Shown piece after piece: positions 61,474-64,000 of a DNA stretch of 64,000 bases. This stretch comes from Gammaproteobacteria bacterium (GTDB lineage: Bacteria; Pseudomonadota; Gammaproteobacteria; Eutrophobiales; Eutrophobiaceae): the NCBI GenBank assembly GCA_965243205.1, contig CBDEUK010000002.1, positions 896,001-960,000 of the forward strand, written 5' to 3'. Both the position numbers and the translations under genes were made by a program. Under the pieces are notes generated by a model. The model was not told the origin of the DNA and did no database searches. It worked only from the letters and a program-made list of their open reading frames with translations. Position 1 is the first letter of the stretch; each line of letters opens with the position of its first letter.

Positions 61474-61504
61474 AAAAAAATAGCGACTATAGCCGCTATT
61501 TTTA
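61474..61504. terminator. Bidirectional terminator
   Basis: AAAAAATAGCG-N8-CGCTATTTTT between convergent genes. Confidence 0.75.
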
Positions 61505-61567
61505 TATATCTATTTTAACCTACAATACTATTAACTATTTTGACTGTATCCGATCCCTCAGTGGTAT

Positions 61568-62932
61568 TTAATCTTTAACATCTGTCCAGACTTCTGCATA
61601 TTCTCCAATTTCAAAACCCGAACCGGCACCGAACGATCCTGTAACGCCAACAAAGTGCGGTTGGTTTAATCCATCGGCTCTTTTGGGAGTGTAGTAATCA
61701 GACCAGACACCTAGACCACCATCAATCGTGCCGGAATAACCAAAACTTGCGACTGGAATACCCAGTGTATAGCCCTGAGCATAGCTATCGACAAATTCTC
61801 CTTTCCAGATTCCGACAGTGATTGCTCCATCAATAGCAACTGAAACACCTTTTGTCAGGCCATAGGATTTATATTTTTTGAAACTACCACTGCTGACATC
61901 ATAGGCAATACCAAATTCATAATTACCTCCAGCAATAATTGAACCGTCGGTAACAAAGCCAATTGTGATAGCGAATTTTTTTCTAGCTTCGCCTGATTCT
62001 TCAAAGGCTTCGTTTGAATCCTTGATGCCTTCTTTCAATGCTTCGAATTCTTCAAATTCGGTTAATAAGTCATAAGCTTCCTGCAGTTTTTTTCGTTTGA
62101 TGGCTTTTCGTATATTTTCGACTTTCGTTTTGGCTGCACCTGTTGCATTCGCTAGACCATTCCCTAAACTTACGATGCCTCTAAGCACTAGCGTATTTGC
62201 ATCTGACTCAATAATCTCTTCAAAGTAGGCTTTTAGATCGAAAGGTAAACCACAATATTTTTTATGTTTTAACCCAAGCCAGTTGCCACCGCGTTCCCAG
62301 ATATTTTTGGGAGCTGATTTATGCAGTGATAATCCAGCATTGCAACGGTATTGTTTTTCAACCCTACATTTTCCACTGTCCATGCCAGCGATATGTTTTC
62401 GTTTGGTTTTTGCAGGGCAAGATTTACAGAATCCTTTATGTCGGAATTCACCTTCACCACAACCATCGACATTCCTCACTCTGCCTTCAGCTGGCGCGTA
62501 ATCATTTTTACCTTTTTGATGTTTTTCACATGCTTTGGGGTGATTCATTTTACGAGTTACGCTGGCACGCTTATAACCATCAGGACAGGTGTAACAGTAT
62601 TTTGTACCATTGATTTTAGAGTAATAAACACCTTTACCTTTACAGCTATATCGACTTTCTTTTTTAGGAGTAACATTTTTACATTGATATTTGCCAACAT
62701 GGCCTCGGTATTTACATAGTCCCGGAAATTCTGCTGTACCGAGTGGGATAATTTCAACCTCTTCATTCGACGATGCGTTTCTTGCCCCTGAGTATGTTCT
62801 GGGTAAATCCAGGCTATCTTTTTTGATCTTGAAACTATCTGCGGCGATTGCCGAATGTACAAAAAGTAGCGTATATATTAAAAATATTGCAGTGAAAAAA
62901 TATTGAGTAGGAAATGTTTTTAATTGTGGCAT
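61568..62932 (-). CDS. Secreted protein: Cys-rich basic module, helical region, Gly-rich beta-type C-terminal domain
   Basis: Signal peptide; 12 Cys in the N-terminal half; shares an 80-aa module with the neighbouring gene. Confidence 0.8.
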   Translation of the reverse strand: MPQLKTFPTQYFFTAIFLIYTLLFVHSAIAADSFKIKKDSLDLPRTYSGARNASSNEEVEIIPLGTAEFPGLCKYRGHVGKYQCKNVTPKKESRYSCKGKGVYYSKINGTKYCYTCPDGYKRASVTRKMNHPKACEKHQKGKNDYAPAEGRVRNVDGCGEGEFRHKGFCKSCPAKTKRKHIAGMDSGKCRVEKQYRCNAGLSLHKSAPKNIWERGGNWLGLKHKKYCGLPFDLKAYFEEIIESDANTLVLRGIVSLGNGLANATGAAKTKVENIRKAIKRKKLQEAYDLLTEFEEFEALKEGIKDSNEAFEESGEARKKFAITIGFVTDGSIIAGGNYEFGIAYDVSSGSFKKYKSYGLTKGVSVAIDGAITVGIWKGEFVDSYAQGYTLGIPVASFGYSGTIDGGLGVWSDYYTPKRADGLNQPHFVGVTGSFGAGSGFEIGEYAEVWTDVKD

Positions 62933-62960
62933 TATTTATCTCCTGGATAGACTGCTGGTG

Positions 62961-63953
62961 TTATGACTTTGGAATGCAATAACCCGTTTTGTATCTGGCA
63001 TTGTACATATCGGTTCGATAATACCGTTCGTAACCACTTGGACACGATTTACAAAAGCCTTTGTGTTTAAATTCACCTCTACCACAACCGTCGACATTAT
63101 CCACTTTAGTTGCAGCGGGCTTGTAATCGTTTTTACCTTTCTGGTGTAATTCGCATGCCTTTGGGTGATTCATTTTTCGTGTCACACTGGCGCGTTTATA
63201 ACCCTTTGGACAGGTGTAGCAGTATTTTTTTCCGTTGACTTTAGAATAATAAACACCTTTACCTTTACAACTGTATCGGTTTTTTTTCGTGGCTTCGATT
63301 TTCTGGCTTTCGAGTGATTCTGCTTCAGCGTCATCTTCATACTCATCGTCGCCATAATCGTCATCATCGCCGTCGTCCTCATACTCATCATCGAAATCAT
63401 CTTCATACCCGTCATCGTCTCCGCCTTCATCCTCTTCGGTATCTTCATCTTCTTCAGGATAAGAATCTTCACCCGCTTTTTCACTTTCAAAACTATCCTG
63501 GTCATCCAGTCGAACAGGAGAGAATGTTAAATTAACTGGGCCAAGCAAACCTTGAATGTTCACATTCATCGTACCGCTCGGTGTTAACTTCGCAGTAAAA
63601 GGTCCTACCAGTGGTAAGTCTTGACCAGCGTATTCACCTGGGCCTGTTCGAACCCAATCTTTTGAAACTACCATCAATGGTCCAATTTTTAGTACAAACA
63701 TATGCAACCAAGAATCAACCGCATAAGCACGCCCACGTTCGATGCGAATTCGTTTACGGATTTCATTGATCATCCACTCACCATCGATAGGCAGTTTGTC
63801 AGTCATTGGCACATCTGCCGCCATCGGTAAAAACGCTGGGATTTCTGGGATTCCGGTTGGGTTTGCGTGTACGTTTGGAACTGAAAAACCAATAATCATG
63901 GCAACCATAGCCAACATCATTTTTATGTTCAGTTTAAGAGCGGTCTTATTCAT
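62961..63953 (-). CDS. Secreted protein: N-terminal globular domain, Asp/Glu-rich linker, Cys-rich basic module
   Basis: Signal peptide ending in VHA; long acidic tract; 8 Cys in the C-terminal module. Confidence 0.8.
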   Translation of the reverse strand: MNKTALKLNIKMMLAMVAMIIGFSVPNVHANPTGIPEIPAFLPMAADVPMTDKLPIDGEWMINEIRKRIRIERGRAYAVDSWLHMFVLKIGPLMVVSKDWVRTGPGEYAGQDLPLVGPFTAKLTPSGTMNVNIQGLLGPVNLTFSPVRLDDQDSFESEKAGEDSYPEEDEDTEEDEGGDDDGYEDDFDDEYEDDGDDDDYGDDEYEDDAEAESLESQKIEATKKNRYSCKGKGVYYSKVNGKKYCYTCPKGYKRASVTRKMNHPKACELHQKGKNDYKPAATKVDNVDGCGRGEFKHKGFCKSCPSGYERYYRTDMYNARYKTGYCIPKS

Positions 63954-64000
63954 TTTATTCTCCGACTTTTTTTCTGTTTATGTACAAATTGAATGTAAAC

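Noticed and set aside
63314-63535. His/Arg-rich and Met-rich ORFs and apparent trinucleotide repeats
   Set aside because: These are alternative-frame shadows of the Asp/Glu-rich linker codons in the 62961-63953 gene.

Overview
AT-rich bacterial chromosomal segment, most likely from an aquatic or marine gammaproteobacterium. The evidence is the gyrA-mtnA/mtaD arrangement, OxyR, RhlE, DUF3081, TIGR03643 with a DASH cryptochrome, and exosortase-type C-terminal sorting signals. Only the first ~2.6 kb is core housekeeping. The rest is a mosaic of small regulator-target modules rich in redox and electrophile defence (two katG paralogues, OxyR, OhrR, GSTs, DJ-1, Ogt, Cry-DASH), c-di-GMP and chemotaxis signalling, and secreted or lipoprotein genes of unknown function. 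I found no rRNA, tRNA, CRISPR array, integrase or transposase. The most notable items not explained by standard annotation are: (1) an unannotated 34-codon leader ORF in a structured 5' leader of a MATE transporter, with a diverged orphan copy 26 kb away whose substitutions look peptide-constrained; (2) two adjacent secreted proteins sharing an 80-aa Cys-rich module, next to an XRE/small-ORF switch; (3) an OhrR with readable operators facing a P460-family cytochrome that has Met at the apparent cross-link position; (4) a MocR-controlled orphan molybdoenzyme locus with 24-bp-period direct-repeat operators; (5) a candidate ~60-nt sRNA; (6) a TAACC-N19-GGTTA operator pair beside a CGNR zinc-finger protein. 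All family assignments come from motifs recognised by eye; no database search was run.
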